A DNA stretch of 64,000 nt from positions 32,001 to 96,000 of the forward strand of contig CAXULY010000016.1 in the NCBI GenBank assembly GCA_964252075.1, given 5' to 3'. The DNA comes from an uncultured Deinococcaceae bacterium. GTDB lineage: Bacteria; Deinococcota; Deinococci; Deinococcales; Deinococcaceae. Positions 21,272 to 31,348 of the stretch are shown here, piece after piece (the first letter of the stretch is position 1; each line of letters begins with the position of its first letter). Both the position numbers and the translations under genes were made by a program. The notes under the pieces were generated by a model, which searched no databases, was not told the DNA's origin, and saw only the letters and a program-made list of their open reading frames with translations.

Positions 21272-21910
21272 ATGCCCATGACCTCCAGCACCCTGGGCGC
21301 GCCCCTCCCCGCGCTGCTGTACACCCCCCCGAGCGCGAGCGAGGACGCGCCCCTGCCGCTCATCCTGTTCCTGCACGGCTCGGGCGAACGCGGGCGCGAC
21401 CTGAACCGCCTGCGCCTGCACGGCCTCCCGCGCGAACTTGAGGGGGGGCGTGACCTGCCCGCGTACGTCGTCGCGCCGCAGTGCCCGGAGGACGTGTGGT
21501 GGGACGCCATCACGGGTGACCTCAGCGCCCTGCTGGACGCGGTGGAGGCGCGCGTGCGGGTGGACCCGGACCGGGTGCTCGTCACGGGCCTCAGCATGGG
21601 CGGCTACGGCACGTGGGCGCTCGCCCTGCGCGAACCGCGGCGCTTCGCGGCGCTCGCGCCCATCTGCGGTGGCGGCGACCCCACGCGCGCCGCCGAGATC
21701 GCACACATCCCCGAGTGGGTGTTCCACGGCGCGCTCGACGACGTGGTGCCCGCCCGCAACTCCGAGGAGATGGTCGCGGCCCTGCGCGCGGCGGGCGGGG
21801 ACGTGCGCTTCACCCTGTACCCGGACCTCGCGCACGATTCCTGGACGCGCGCCTACGGTGAGCAGGCGCTGTACGACTGGCTGCTCGCGCAGCGGAGGGC
21901 CACGGGCTAA
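21272..21910 (+). CDS. Alpha/beta-hydrolase esterase/peptidase
   Basis: LFLHGSGERG, APQCP, GLSMGG nucleophile, FHGALDDVV and HDSW. Confidence 0.88.
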   Translation: MPMTSSTLGAPLPALLYTPPSASEDAPLPLILFLHGSGERGRDLNRLRLHGLPRELEGGRDLPAYVVAPQCPEDVWWDAITGDLSALLDAVEARVRVDPDRVLVTGLSMGGYGTWALALREPRRFAALAPICGGGDPTRAAEIAHIPEWVFHGALDDVVPARNSEEMVAALRAAGGDVRFTLYPDLAHDSWTRAYGEQALYDWLLAQRRATG

Positions 21911-22431
21911 GGCTGGGCCGCGTCTCGCAGGGCCGCCAGCGCGCCGCGCAGCGCCCCCGTCACCTCGGGCCGGGCGGCCAGCGTGTCCGGTGCCTGCGCC
22001 GGCCCGGCCAGCGGCACGCGCAGGCAGGCGCCCTCCACCAGCCGCGCGGACATCACCCCCAGCGTCTCGCGCAGGTTCGCCTGCGCGAAATCCGCCTGCA
22101 TGGACGCGTTCAGCAGGCCCACCGGCCTCCCGACCAGTTCGCCGCTGCCCACCACCCAGTCCAGCGCGTTCTTGAAGGCGCCCGGCAGGCCGTGCGCGTA
22201 CTCCGGGCAGCAGATCAGCACGGCGTCCGACGCGGCCAGCGCCGCCTGGAAGGCCCGCACGGGCTCGGGCGCCTGGTCCTCATGGTCCGGGTTGAAGGGC
22301 GGTAGCTCCGCCAGGCCCTCGAAGGGCGTGACCGTCACGCCTTCGGGCGCCACCAGGGCCGCCGCTGCCAGCAGCGCGGTGTTCTTCGATACCCGCCGCA
22401 GGCTGCCCGACAGGGCCAGCACCCGCATCAC
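21907..22431 (-). CDS. NADPH-dependent FMN reductase
   Basis: SGSLRRVS and PEYAHGLPGAFKNALDW; overlaps the purB stop. Confidence 0.9.
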   Translation of the reverse strand: MMRVLALSGSLRRVSKNTALLAAAALVAPEGVTVTPFEGLAELPPFNPDHEDQAPEPVRAFQAALAASDAVLICCPEYAHGLPGAFKNALDWVVGSGELVGRPVGLLNASMQADFAQANLRETLGVMSARLVEGACLRVPLAGPAQAPDTLAARPEVTGALRGALAALRDAAQP

Positions 22432-23735
22432 AGCCCGAAGCGGGCGTACACGTCATTCACGTGCCGCAGGTACCACGTCAGGTCGAAGGCCCGGTCCAGG
22501 TCCTCGGGCGTCAGGGGGCTCTCCGGGTCCGCGAGCAGCAGGTCCCGCAGGTGCCCGCCCTCCTCCCACACGCGCAGGGAGTTGCGCTGCACGATCGCGT
22601 ACGCCGCCTCGCGGCTCAGGCCGCGCTCGTCAATCAGCAGGTGCAGCACCCGCTGGCTGAACACCAGGCCGCCCAGCGCGTTCAGGTTCGCGAGCATGCG
22701 CGCGGGGAACACCACGAGGTCCCGCAGCACGCCCGTGAGGCGCCGCGTCGCGTAACTCGCGGCGCCCGTCGCGTCCGGCAGGATCACGCGCTCCGCGCTG
22801 GAGTGGCTGATGTCCCGCTCGTGCCACAGCGCCACGTTCTCCAGGCCCGTCACGAGGAAGCCACGCAGCAGCCGCGCGAAGCCCGTGACGTTCTCCGTCA
22901 GGATGGGGTTCTTCTTGTGCGGCATGGAGCTGCTGCCCTTCTGCCCGACCGCGAAGGGCTCCATCGCCTCGCGCACCTCGGTGCGCTGCAGGTGCCGCAC
23001 CTCCACCGCGATCTTCTCCAGCGTCGCGCCCAGAATGGCGAGCGCCGCGAGCACCTCCGCGTGGCGGTCGCGCGACAGGGTCTGGTTCGTGACGGGCGCC
23101 GCGCGCCAGCCCCACTGGGACGCCACGCGCTCCTCCACCTGCGGGCTCACGTGCGCGTAGGTGCCGACGCTGCCTGACAGCATCACCACCCGCACGCGCT
23201 CCCGCGCGGCGCGCAGGCGCTCCAGGTCGCGGTCGAGCGCCGCCATCCAGTTCAGGAACTTCAGGCCGAAGGTCATGGGCTCCGCGTGGATGCCGTGCGT
23301 GCGCCCGATGGTGGGCGTGTGCTTGTGCGTGATGGCCTGCGCGCGGCACACCTCGCGCAGCGCCTCCACGTCCATGATGATGATGCGCAGCGCCTCGTCG
23401 AGCAGCAGGTTCTGCGCGGTGTCCACCACGTCCGTGCTGGTCAGGCCGTGGTGCACGAAGCGCGCGTTCTCGCCGTAGCGCTCGCTGAGCGCCGTCGTGA
23501 ACGCCACGATGTCGTGGCGCGTCACGGCCTCCACCTCTGCCACCCGCGCGGCGAAGGCCTCATCGAGGGGGTCGGCGTGGCTGCGCGCCACGAGGTCCCC
23601 GTGCGCCTCCAGCGGCACCTCGCCCAGCTCCGCCTGCGCCTGCATGGCCGCGAGTTCCACGCGCAGCCACGCGCGGTACTTGTTCGCCTCGCTCCACAGG
23701 GCGCGCATTTCGGGGGTCAGGTAACGGTCAATCAT
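22428..23735 (-). CDS. purB: Adenylosuccinate lyase
   Basis: MIDRY, HHGLTSTD, GRTHGIHAEP and signature GSSSMPHKKNP; TATCCT 6 nt before ATG. Confidence 0.97.
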   Translation of the reverse strand: MIDRYLTPEMRALWSEANKYRAWLRVELAAMQAQAELGEVPLEAHGDLVARSHADPLDEAFAARVAEVEAVTRHDIVAFTTALSERYGENARFVHHGLTSTDVVDTAQNLLLDEALRIIIMDVEALREVCRAQAITHKHTPTIGRTHGIHAEPMTFGLKFLNWMAALDRDLERLRAARERVRVVMLSGSVGTYAHVSPQVEERVASQWGWRAAPVTNQTLSRDRHAEVLAALAILGATLEKIAVEVRHLQRTEVREAMEPFAVGQKGSSSMPHKKNPILTENVTGFARLLRGFLVTGLENVALWHERDISHSSAERVILPDATGAASYATRRLTGVLRDLVVFPARMLANLNALGGLVFSQRVLHLLIDERGLSREAAYAIVQRNSLRVWEEGGHLRDLLLADPESPLTPEDLDRAFDLTWYLRHVNDVYARFGL

Positions 23736-23778
23736 GACGCGAGGATACCGTGCCCGCGCGGGCGCGAACGGCCCGCCC

Positions 23779-24441
23779 TCAGCCGCCCGCTGGAGCGCTG
23801 TCCGACCCGAAGCCCCGCACACCCACCCACAGCACCCGCGCGCCCGGCTGCAGCAGCGCCTCCGCCGGAATGAACGCGTTCCACACCTGATTCCTGGGCA
23901 CCACGTCCGGCTTCCCGATCGCATGGTTCAGCTGGTTCTGCAGGTTCGAGCAGTAGAACGTCTCGTTCTGCCCGCTCAGGTTGTACGGGCGGCCCCGCAC
24001 GCGCCGCAACTCCGCGCGCAGCGCCGGCATCTGCTCGTCCGTCACGCCCTCATCCAGCACGATCACCGCGTAGCGCGCGTACAGCAGGCTGATGGGGTAC
24101 TCGTTCGCGCCGCGCGACGGCCAGGTGTCCGCCAGCGTGCTGTCCGACAGCTTGCGCGTGATGTGCGAACACGGCCCCCAGAAGTTGCTCACGTCGGTGT
24201 CCTGCCAGCACGCCACGATCACGCTGCCCGGAGGTGCGCGGCGCAGCGCTTCCGGGATGGAGGTGAGCTGCGCCGCCGCGACGCGCTGCGTGACGAGCAC
24301 GCTCGCGGCGTCCGTCTGGGTGAGGCCCGCGTCCGGCCGGAAGTTCAGGTTCCGCACGCCCAGGGTCGGGAGGCAACCGGACAGCAGCGCCGCGAGCGGC
24401 AACACCAGCCATGGAGTGAGAAGGCGGTGAGAGAACGCCAT
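23779..24441 (-). CDS. Lipoprotein, probable permuted papain-like amidase (YiiX/YaeF, NlpC/P60 superfamily)
   Basis: Lipobox LLSGC; His (CSH) precedes GRPYN..FYCS Cys, the permuted order. Confidence 0.6.
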   Translation of the reverse strand: MAFSHRLLTPWLVLPLAALLSGCLPTLGVRNLNFRPDAGLTQTDAASVLVTQRVAAAQLTSIPEALRRAPPGSVIVACWQDTDVSNFWGPCSHITRKLSDSTLADTWPSRGANEYPISLLYARYAVIVLDEGVTDEQMPALRAELRRVRGRPYNLSGQNETFYCSNLQNQLNHAIGKPDVVPRNQVWNAFIPAEALLQPGARVLWVGVRGFGSDSAPAGG

Positions 24442-24535
24442 GCCGTAGTTTATCGCGCCACCACGCACCCCGCCCACGCATTTCATCTCAATTCCCGAAC
24501 GGCAGCGCCACGTCCGCCCACCTACACTGAAACCC

Positions 24536-25324
24536 ATGACCCGTCCGGACCTCCACACCTACCTCGACACCGCCATCCGCGCCGCGCGCGCCGCGGGCGC
24601 CATTCACCTCGCGCACGCGGAACAGCCCCACACCATCGACCGCAAATCCACGTACTCCGACCTCGTCACCGAGGTGGACCGCCTCGCGGAAACCGAAATC
24701 CGCCGCATCATCCTCGACGCGCACCCCAACCACGCCATCCTTGGCGAGGAGGAAGGCGAGCTCGGCAGCGGCGCGCACGACGCCCTGTGGGTCGTGGACC
24801 CCCTCGACGGCACCGTGAACTACGCGCACGGCCTCCCCATCTACTGCGCCTCCGTCGGCCTGGAACTGAACGGCGAACGCATGGTGGGCGCCGTGTACGA
24901 CCCCACCCGCGATGAACTCTTCACCGCCGTGCGCGGCGGCGGCGCGCACCTCAACGGACGGCGCGTCCACGTGTCACGCACGGACCACGACGGCCCACCG
25001 CTCGTCGCCACCGGCTTCGCGTACGACGTCGCGGACGACCAGAGCAACGTCGCGCTCCTGCAGCGCGTGCTGAGCGAAGGCTGGCCCGTCCGCCGCCCCG
25101 GCGCCGCCGCCCTCGACCTCTGCAACGTCGCCTGCGGCCGCATGGACGCGTACTGGGAACTGGGCCTCAAACGCTGGGACGCCGCCGCCGCCAGCCTCAT
25201 CCTCGAAGAGGCGGGCGGTCGCGTCACGGACGCGCAGGGCGCCCCCACCCCCTACGCGCGCGTGATCGTCGCCAGCAACGGCGTGCTGCACGACGCCCTG
25301 CTGCGGCTGCTCGCGCACCCATGA
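24536..25324 (+). CDS. suhB: Inositol monophosphatase family protein
   Basis: DLVTEVD, ILGEE, WVVDPLDGTVNY and WDAAAA; TACACT 7 nt before ATG. Confidence 0.9.
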   Translation: MTRPDLHTYLDTAIRAARAAGAIHLAHAEQPHTIDRKSTYSDLVTEVDRLAETEIRRIILDAHPNHAILGEEEGELGSGAHDALWVVDPLDGTVNYAHGLPIYCASVGLELNGERMVGAVYDPTRDELFTAVRGGGAHLNGRRVHVSRTDHDGPPLVATGFAYDVADDQSNVALLQRVLSEGWPVRRPGAAALDLCNVACGRMDAYWELGLKRWDAAAASLILEEAGGRVTDAQGAPTPYARVIVASNGVLHDALLRLLAHP

Positions 25325-25506
25325 AGTCCGGCTGGACGCTCCCCGCCTTCACCGTGTTCCTGCTGATCGTGCTGAACATCGGCGGGCTGGTCTCGGTGGT
25401 GCTGGACGTGGGGGGCGGGCACTGGGCGGGGTTGTGGAAGCTCCTGGCGGTGGCCGCGCTGGACCTGCTGGGCTTCGGGCTGCTGCGCTGGATGCGGGAG
25501 GACTGA
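25321..25506 (+). CDS. Small two-TM membrane protein
   Basis: 61 aa, two hydrophobic helices, ATGA overlap with suhB, high GC3. Confidence 0.6.
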   Translation: MKSGWTLPAFTVFLLIVLNIGGLVSVVLDVGGGHWAGLWKLLAVAALDLLGFGLLRWMRED

Positions 25507-25602
25507 GGGGCGCGCGGGCCTTCGTGGGCGCGGAAGATTTGCTTATGTCCGGACGGTGGCCCGCCGCGCTGGGCTGCCGGGCTCCCAGGTGGTCCCTGCC
25601 GC

Positions 25603-26793
25603 TCAGTCGGCGGGGGAGAGGCTGGGATTCGGAGCGGCGGAGCGCCAGGCCGCAAGCACCGGCAGGGCGCACACCACGAGGCACCCCGTGGCGAGCGCCG
25701 CGAACCCCACCTGCGCGATCACGAGGCCGCCCACCAGGGTGCCCGTCGCGGCCAGCAGGTACCCGAGGGCGTCCACGCTGCCCTGCGCGCTGCGGTACGC
25801 GGTGAGCACCTTCGCGGCGGACAGCGCGCACAGGTTCCACCCCAGACCCAGCAGGAACATCGAGACCGCGATGGCCGCCTCGCCCGGCAGCAGGGCGCTG
25901 GCCGCCGCCGCGGCGAGCAGCACGCCGCCTGAAGCGTACCCGAAGCGCACGCCGAGCCGGTCAATGAGCGGCCCCGTGAACCACCCGAAGCCGAACATGC
26001 CCGTGATGTGCCCCGTCACGATGCCCGCCACACCCATGTGATTCATGCCCATGTGGTGCGCGCGCAGCGGCGTGAGGGACATCAGGGTGACCATCAGGCC
26101 CTGCGCCGTCGCGCCCGCCACGGCGGCCCACACCAGCTCGCGCGGCCAGCGGCCCATACGCGCCGCGCTCCGGGTGACGCCGCCGGACTCCGCCCTGCTG
26201 GGCCGCCACGCCAGGGTCAGAAGCGCGCCCAGCAGCAGGAACACCGCCGCGAGCGTCCAGCCCGCCGCCTCCACGCTGGTGTTCAGGCGCGCCGCAACCA
26301 CACCGAGGACTGGGGTGAGCAGCGTCCCCACGCCCGACCCCAGCACGGACGCCAGCATCAGCAGACCCAGCGCGAGGCCCCGGTGCCGCGCGGGCACGCT
26401 CTCCGCGGCGGCGTAGCGGCCCTGCTGGAAGCCGCCCTGCGCCGCGCCGATCATCGCGGAGCCCAGCAGGAACACCGGGAGGCTGTGCGCCAGCACGCCC
26501 CCGAAACCCACCAGCGCGCCCACCGCGCCGAGGCTGTACGCGCTGACCAGCCCACCTCGCCGCCCGAAGCGCAGCATCAGCCACCCGAAGGCGCCCGCCG
26601 ACAGCGCCGAGGCGAGCGTCACGGTGGTGGACGGCAGGCCCGAGAGCGCCTCGTGCCCCATCGCCGCGACGATCAGGCTGCCCAGCACCGTCGAGGACGT
26701 CGTGGCGCCCGTCGCGAGCGCCTGCGCCAGGAACAGCAGCACCAGCCGCACGTTCAGCACGCCCGGCCCGGCGGGGGCGGCGCCCGCCTTCAC
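25603..26793 (-). CDS. MFS transporter
   Basis: ~12 TM, RFGRR and RYAAAES motifs; GTGA overlap with the upstream gene. Confidence 0.85.
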   Translation of the reverse strand: MKAGAAPAGPGVLNVRLVLLFLAQALATGATTSSTVLGSLIVAAMGHEALSGLPSTTVTLASALSAGAFGWLMLRFGRRGGLVSAYSLGAVGALVGFGGVLAHSLPVFLLGSAMIGAAQGGFQQGRYAAAESVPARHRGLALGLLMLASVLGSGVGTLLTPVLGVVAARLNTSVEAAGWTLAAVFLLLGALLTLAWRPSRAESGGVTRSAARMGRWPRELVWAAVAGATAQGLMVTLMSLTPLRAHHMGMNHMGVAGIVTGHITGMFGFGWFTGPLIDRLGVRFGYASGGVLLAAAAASALLPGEAAIAVSMFLLGLGWNLCALSAAKVLTAYRSAQGSVDALGYLLAATGTLVGGLVIAQVGFAALATGCLVVCALPVLAAWRSAAPNPSLSPAD

Positions 26794-27239
26794 GCGCTCT
26801 GCTGGGCCCAGCGCTGCGGCACGACCTCACGCAGGTACGTCACGGGCGCGTCCGTGCTGGCGCCCGGCGTGAACACCCGACCCACCCCCAGTTCCTCCAG
26901 CTTCGGCAGGTCCACGTCCGGGATGATGCCGCCGCCGAACACCACGATGTCCGTCGCGTCGTGCTCGCGCAGCAGGGCCATCACCTCCCGGAAGTAATGC
27001 ATGTGCGCGCCGGACAGCACGCTCAGGCCGATGGCGTCCACGTCCTCCTGCAGGGCGGCGTTCACGATCATCTCGGCGGTCTGGCGCAGACCCGTGTAAA
27101 TGACTTCCATCCCGGCGTCGCGCAGCGCGCGGGCGATCACCTTGGCGCCCCGGTCGTGGCCGTCCATGCCCGGCTTGGCGATGAGCACACGGATGCGCCG
27201 TTCGGTGGGGTCGGCGGTCTGGCTGCTGGGCTGTGACAT
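26790..27239 (-). CDS. Methylmalonyl-CoA mutase-family cobalamin-binding (small) subunit
   Basis: [13 protein letters not shown] (DxHxxG), [20 protein letters not shown] and GGGIIP. Confidence 0.93.
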   Translation of the reverse strand: MSQPSSQTADPTERRIRVLIAKPGMDGHDRGAKVIARALRDAGMEVIYTGLRQTAEMIVNAALQEDVDAIGLSVLSGAHMHYFREVMALLREHDATDIVVFGGGIIPDVDLPKLEELGVGRVFTPGASTDAPVTYLREVVPQRWAQQSA

Positions 27240-27338
27240 GACGAGGTCAGTCTACCGCGAGGCCCCCGCGAAGTCCCAGGCGCGCCACCTGTCGCGTTTC
27301 TTCAAGCGTCGCGCCCGCGCCGCGCGTCAGACTCAGGC

Positions 27339-27710
27339 ATGACCCCCTCTGCACGGCTCGCGAACGTGAACCTGCTGGTCGAGGACCCCGAGCGCGCCCG
27401 CGCCTTCTCCCTGGGCGCCTTCGGCCTGATCATGGATGAGCGCCGCTCCGCCCCGCCGCACATGCTGATCCTGGGTTCGGGCGTCACGCTGAACTTCAAG
27501 ACCGCCCGCACCGAGGAGGCCGGGAAGGCGCGCGGCCCCGGCGACACCGAACTGGGCTTCGAGACGCCCGACCTGGAGGGCGCGCGCGACGCCGTGCTGG
27601 CCCTCGGCGGGCAGGCGGGACCCATCCGCGAGTACGGCTTCGGGCGGAGCTTCGACGCGCACGACCCGGACGGCCACCCCCTCAGCGTCTACACCCTGCG
27701 CGAGGCGTGA
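27339..27710 (+). CDS. VOC/glyoxalase family protein
   Basis: VNLLVEDPERARAF and FGRSF.AHDPDGH. Confidence 0.8.
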   Translation: MTPSARLANVNLLVEDPERARAFSLGAFGLIMDERRSAPPHMLILGSGVTLNFKTARTEEAGKARGPGDTELGFETPDLEGARDAVLALGGQAGPIREYGFGRSFDAHDPDGHPLSVYTLREA

Positions 27711-27731
27711 ACGCACACTAGGCGCGACCGG

Positions 27732-28214
27732 GTGAACCTGGATGCCCTGGGCGCGCAGACCGTGAAGGCCCGCGCGGTGCTGCTGGAGTACTGCACCTCG
27801 CTGCCCGCCCCGGTGTTCCTGGCAGCGGAGCCCGAGTACGGGCAGGGCAGCATGGGCGACACCCTCGCGCACGTCGCTCACTGCTACGGCGCCTGGACGG
27901 GCCGCGTGTGCCTGAACGCGCCCCTCCCCGCGGTGGAGCCCGCCGATCTGCCGGACGTGGCGGCCATCACCGTGCGCTTCGCGCAGGTGGACGCGCTGGT
28001 CTGGCGGGCCATCCGCGAGTTCACCGGGCTGGACGCGCCCTTCGACTGGACCGCCCCCTCGGGCTAGACCTTCACGGTCACGCGGCGCTGGCTGCTGCAC
28101 CCCATCACGCACGAATTTCATCACAAGGGGCAGGTGCTCACGCTGGGCCGCAAGCTGGGGCACCCCCTGCCACCCGAGTTCGACACGGATCTCCCGCCCG
28201 TGGGCGGCTGGTGA
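27732..28214 (+). pseudogene. DinB family protein interrupted by an in-frame TAG at 28065-28067
   Basis: N-half has TLAHVAHCY..W; the same frame continues after the TAG as TFTVTRRWLLHPITHEFHHKGQ...GGW* (DinB His motif). Confidence 0.85.
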
Positions 28215-28257
28215 ACGACAGGGGCCCCGGCGCGCTGGAGCCCCTGAGCGCTGCACG

Positions 28258-30129
28258 TCAGATCTCGATGGGCACGTCCACGCCGAGTTCCGCGAGCACC
28301 GTGCGGATGGCGGGTGCGTCAATGCCGCTTCTCGCGTGCACGCGCTCCACGCTGGCGTGCTCCTGGAATTCGTCCGGGATGCCCAGCACCCGCACGGGCG
28401 TGCGCAGGCCCAGGTCGCTGAGGGCTTCCAGCACCGCCGCGCCGAAGCCGCCCACCCGCGTGTTGTCCTCGACGGTCACGAGGGCGCGCGCGGAGGTGGC
28501 GACCTCGCGCAGCATCTTCAGGTCCAGCGGCTTCACGAAGCGGGCGTTCACGAGGCCCACGCCGGGCAGGTCCCGCACGGCCTCGCGCGCGTACTCCAGC
28601 GCCTTGCCGCCCGCCAGCACGACCACGTCGTCACCGTGCACGAGGCGCTCCCAGGTGCCCCACTCCAGCTCAGGCCACGTGCCCTCCGGCACGCGCGTGG
28701 TGTTCCCGCGCGGGTAGCGGATCGCGACGGGCCCTCCGAGCTTCCCGGCGGCCTTCAGCATGCCGCGCAGCTCGTACGCGTCCTTGGGCAGCCCGATGCG
28801 CACGCCGGGAATTTGGCGCATGAAGCTCAGGTCGAACACGCCGTTGTGCGTCGCGCCGTCCGCGCCGACCACGCCGCCGCGGTCCACCGCGAAGATCACG
28901 TCGAGGTCCTCGATGGCCACGTCGTGAATCACCTGGTCGAAGGCGCGCTGCAGGAAGGTGGAGTAGATCGCCACGATGGGCTTCATGCCTTGCAGCGCCA
29001 TGCCCGCCCCGACCGTCACGGCGACGTCTTCCGCGATGCCCACGTCCAGGTAGCGTTTGGGGTGCGTCTGGCTGTACTTCACGAGGCCGGAGCCCTCGCG
29101 CATGGCGGGCGTGATGACGAAGGTGCGGGGGTCCTGCGCGGCGAGTTCGGTGGCGGCGTCCCCGAAGGCGGCGCTCCACGACACGCTGTTCTTGTCCGCG
29201 CCGCTGCTGGGGGCCTCGCCCGTCTCCGGGTCGAACTTGCCGGGGCCGTGCCACTTGATGGGGTCCGCCTCCGCGTAGGGGAGGCCCTTGCCCTTGGTGG
29301 TGACCACGTGCAGGATGGTGGGCCCGTCCAGCTCCGAGAGTTTCTCCATCAGGTACACCAGTTCGCGCAGGTTGTGGCCGTCCACGGGCCCCACGTAGCG
29401 CACGCCCATCGCCGCGAAGGGGTTCACGCTGGCGGGATCGAAGAAGTGCCGGGTGCTGTCCTTCGCCCGCCCGATAAAGTCCGCGAGCCGCCCGCTGAAG
29501 GCGCCCACGGCTTTCTTGCCGGCGCTCTCGGACTCCTGGAACCACTTCTGCACCTGCAAGGTCCGCATGAACTTCCCGACCGCGCCGACGTTCTCGGAGA
29601 TGCTCATCTCGTTGTCGTTCAGGACGATCAGCATCTTCTTCTGCGTGTACCCGATCTGGTTCAGCGCGGCGAGCGCCATGCCGCCCGTGAGGGCGCCGTC
29701 GCCGATCACGGCGGCCACCTGGTAGTCCTCGCCGAGGCTGTCGCGCGCGAAGGCCATGCCGAGCGCGTTCGCGAGGCTGGTGCTGGCGTGCCCGACCGTG
29801 ATGGCGTCGTGCTCGCTCTCGCTCACCTTGGTGAAGCCCGAGAGGCCGCCTTCCTTCTTGATGGTCGCCATGAGGTCGCGGCGGCCCGTGAGCATCTTGT
29901 GCGCGTAGGCCTGGTGCCCCACGTCGAAGAGGATGCGGTCGCGCGGGGAGTTCAGCACGTAGTGCAGCGCCACGATGATCTCGACCGCGCCGAGGCTGGA
30001 CGCGAGGTGCCCGCCGCCGAGGCTGCACACCCGCACGATCTCGTCGCGCAGTTCCTGCGCGAGCGCCGGAAGCTCCTCGCGCTTGAGTTGCTTCAGGTCC
30101 TGCGGTGATTGAATGCGGTCGAGCAGCAT
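28258..30129 (-). CDS. dxs: 1-deoxy-D-xylulose-5-phosphate synthase
   Basis: [45 protein letters not shown] and DGATH. Confidence 0.98.
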   Translation of the reverse strand: MLLDRIQSPQDLKQLKREELPALAQELRDEIVRVCSLGGGHLASSLGAVEIIVALHYVLNSPRDRILFDVGHQAYAHKMLTGRRDLMATIKKEGGLSGFTKVSESEHDAITVGHASTSLANALGMAFARDSLGEDYQVAAVIGDGALTGGMALAALNQIGYTQKKMLIVLNDNEMSISENVGAVGKFMRTLQVQKWFQESESAGKKAVGAFSGRLADFIGRAKDSTRHFFDPASVNPFAAMGVRYVGPVDGHNLRELVYLMEKLSELDGPTILHVVTTKGKGLPYAEADPIKWHGPGKFDPETGEAPSSGADKNSVSWSAAFGDAATELAAQDPRTFVITPAMREGSGLVKYSQTHPKRYLDVGIAEDVAVTVGAGMALQGMKPIVAIYSTFLQRAFDQVIHDVAIEDLDVIFAVDRGGVVGADGATHNGVFDLSFMRQIPGVRIGLPKDAYELRGMLKAAGKLGGPVAIRYPRGNTTRVPEGTWPELEWGTWERLVHGDDVVVLAGGKALEYAREAVRDLPGVGLVNARFVKPLDLKMLREVATSARALVTVEDNTRVGGFGAAVLEALSDLGLRTPVRVLGIPDEFQEHASVERVHARSGIDAPAIRTVLAELGVDVPIEI

Positions 30130-30132
30130 GCC

Positions 30133-30789
30133 TTATTCCCCCTTGTAGTTCTTGCCGACCAGCAGCAGGCCCTCGGTGGTGCGCACGTCCCCCACGAAGG
30201 GCGTGAACCACGAGTCCTGGCTGGGCGGGAAGAGGCCGCCGAGGTCGTCGTTGATCTGGCGGTTCACGACCCACACCAGGTAGCTCTGGCTGTTCACGGT
30301 GATGCGCCGCTGGTCGGTGACGGTGTAGCGGTAGGTGGCGGTGCCGTCCTGCACCACCTTGCCGTCCTGAATGACCTGCACCTTGCTCTGGCCTTCCCAG
30401 GTGAGGCCGACCTTCCAGGCGTCCCGGGCGGGCGCCTCGCGCCACGGCGGGGTGAGGTTCACGGTGAGGCCGGGTTTCGTGAAGCCGTACAGCAGGATGC
30501 CGGTGTCACTCACCTGCCGGTACCACGTCTGGTCCGCGCCGCGCCCGGTGAGGCGAAAGGCGCTGGCGGGCTGGTTCCCGAAGACCGTGGCGCCCAGCGC
30601 ACTCAGCACGTACGGCGGCTGGTTCAGCTGGTCACCTTCGGGCACGTACGACCAGCTGAGTCCGCCCTGGTACGGGTAGAAACTCACGGCGTTCACGCTG
30701 GTGGTGGCGCTGGCGGTGCCAGGCGTCTGTGTGCGGGGCGCGCAGGCGGCGAGGGCCAGCGCGGCGGCGCACAGCAGGAGCTTGTTCAT
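30133..30789 (-). CDS. Hypothetical lipoprotein (beta-rich), 3 nt upstream of dxs
   Basis: MNKLLLCAAALALAAC lipobox, strong GC3 bias, TAAGCT box upstream. Confidence 0.8.
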   Translation of the reverse strand: MNKLLLCAAALALAACAPRTQTPGTASATTSVNAVSFYPYQGGLSWSYVPEGDQLNQPPYVLSALGATVFGNQPASAFRLTGRGADQTWYRQVSDTGILLYGFTKPGLTVNLTPPWREAPARDAWKVGLTWEGQSKVQVIQDGKVVQDGTATYRYTVTDQRRITVNSQSYLVWVVNRQINDDLGGLFPPSQDSWFTPFVGDVRTTEGLLLVGKNYKGE

Positions 30790-30869
30790 CACGGTTAGCT
30801 TAGGGCGCGCGTCTCGGGTCACACTGTTGCCTTTCCTGAAGTTTGCTGGTGGTGAGGGGCGGACGGGCT

Positions 30870-31274
30870 TCAGGCGTTGAGGTGGTCGGCGGGCGCGGCA
30901 AGCTGGCGGCTGAGGTCCGCGAGTTCGCTGTCGACCGCCTCTCGGCGCTCCCGCATCTCGAACAGCTGGTTCTGCAGGGCCTCCATGGCGCTCACGGGCA
31001 GCTCGGCGGTGCGGCCACTCACCTGAATGCGGGCCAGCAGGGCGCTGCCCTCCCGCGCGAGGGTGTACGCCTGCTCCAGCAGCGCGCGGCGTTGCGGGTC
31101 GCGCGCGCCCGGGGTGTTCTGCAGCGCCTCGAAGCGCTCCCGGTAGGGGCTCAGCAGGGCGTTCAGGTCGTAGGCCGGCGGGGTGGGCGCGGCGTCCGGC
31201 TTGCGGGTGCGCCAGATGAGCCACAACCCGACCGCGACGAGCAGCAGCAGGGCAATCACGGTGACTGTGGCCAT
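30870..31274 (-). CDS. Hypothetical single-TM, coiled-coil membrane protein
   Basis: N-terminal TM then helical heptads; TAGACT 6 nt before ATG. Confidence 0.75.
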   Translation of the reverse strand: MATVTVIALLLLVAVGLWLIWRTRKPDAAPTPPAYDLNALLSPYRERFEALQNTPGARDPQRRALLEQAYTLAREGSALLARIQVSGRTAELPVSAMEALQNQLFEMRERREAVDSELADLSRQLAAPADHLNA

Positions 31275-31348
31275 GCCCGCAGTCTAGCCCAAGGGGCGCG
31301 CCGGCCCAGGGGCGTTTCGTCCCCGTGACCGGCGCGCGGCGTGGCGCT

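Noticed and set aside
27339..27710. VOC gene as methylmalonyl-CoA epimerase because it is next to the mutase subunit
   Set aside because: It lacks the His/Glu metal-ligand pattern (e.g. N-terminal DHIGIAV, C-terminal ELVE) expected of the epimerase
28065..28067. Pyrrolysine recoding of the DinB TAG
   Set aside because: No pyl genes in the window and not expected in this lineage; a point mutation is simpler
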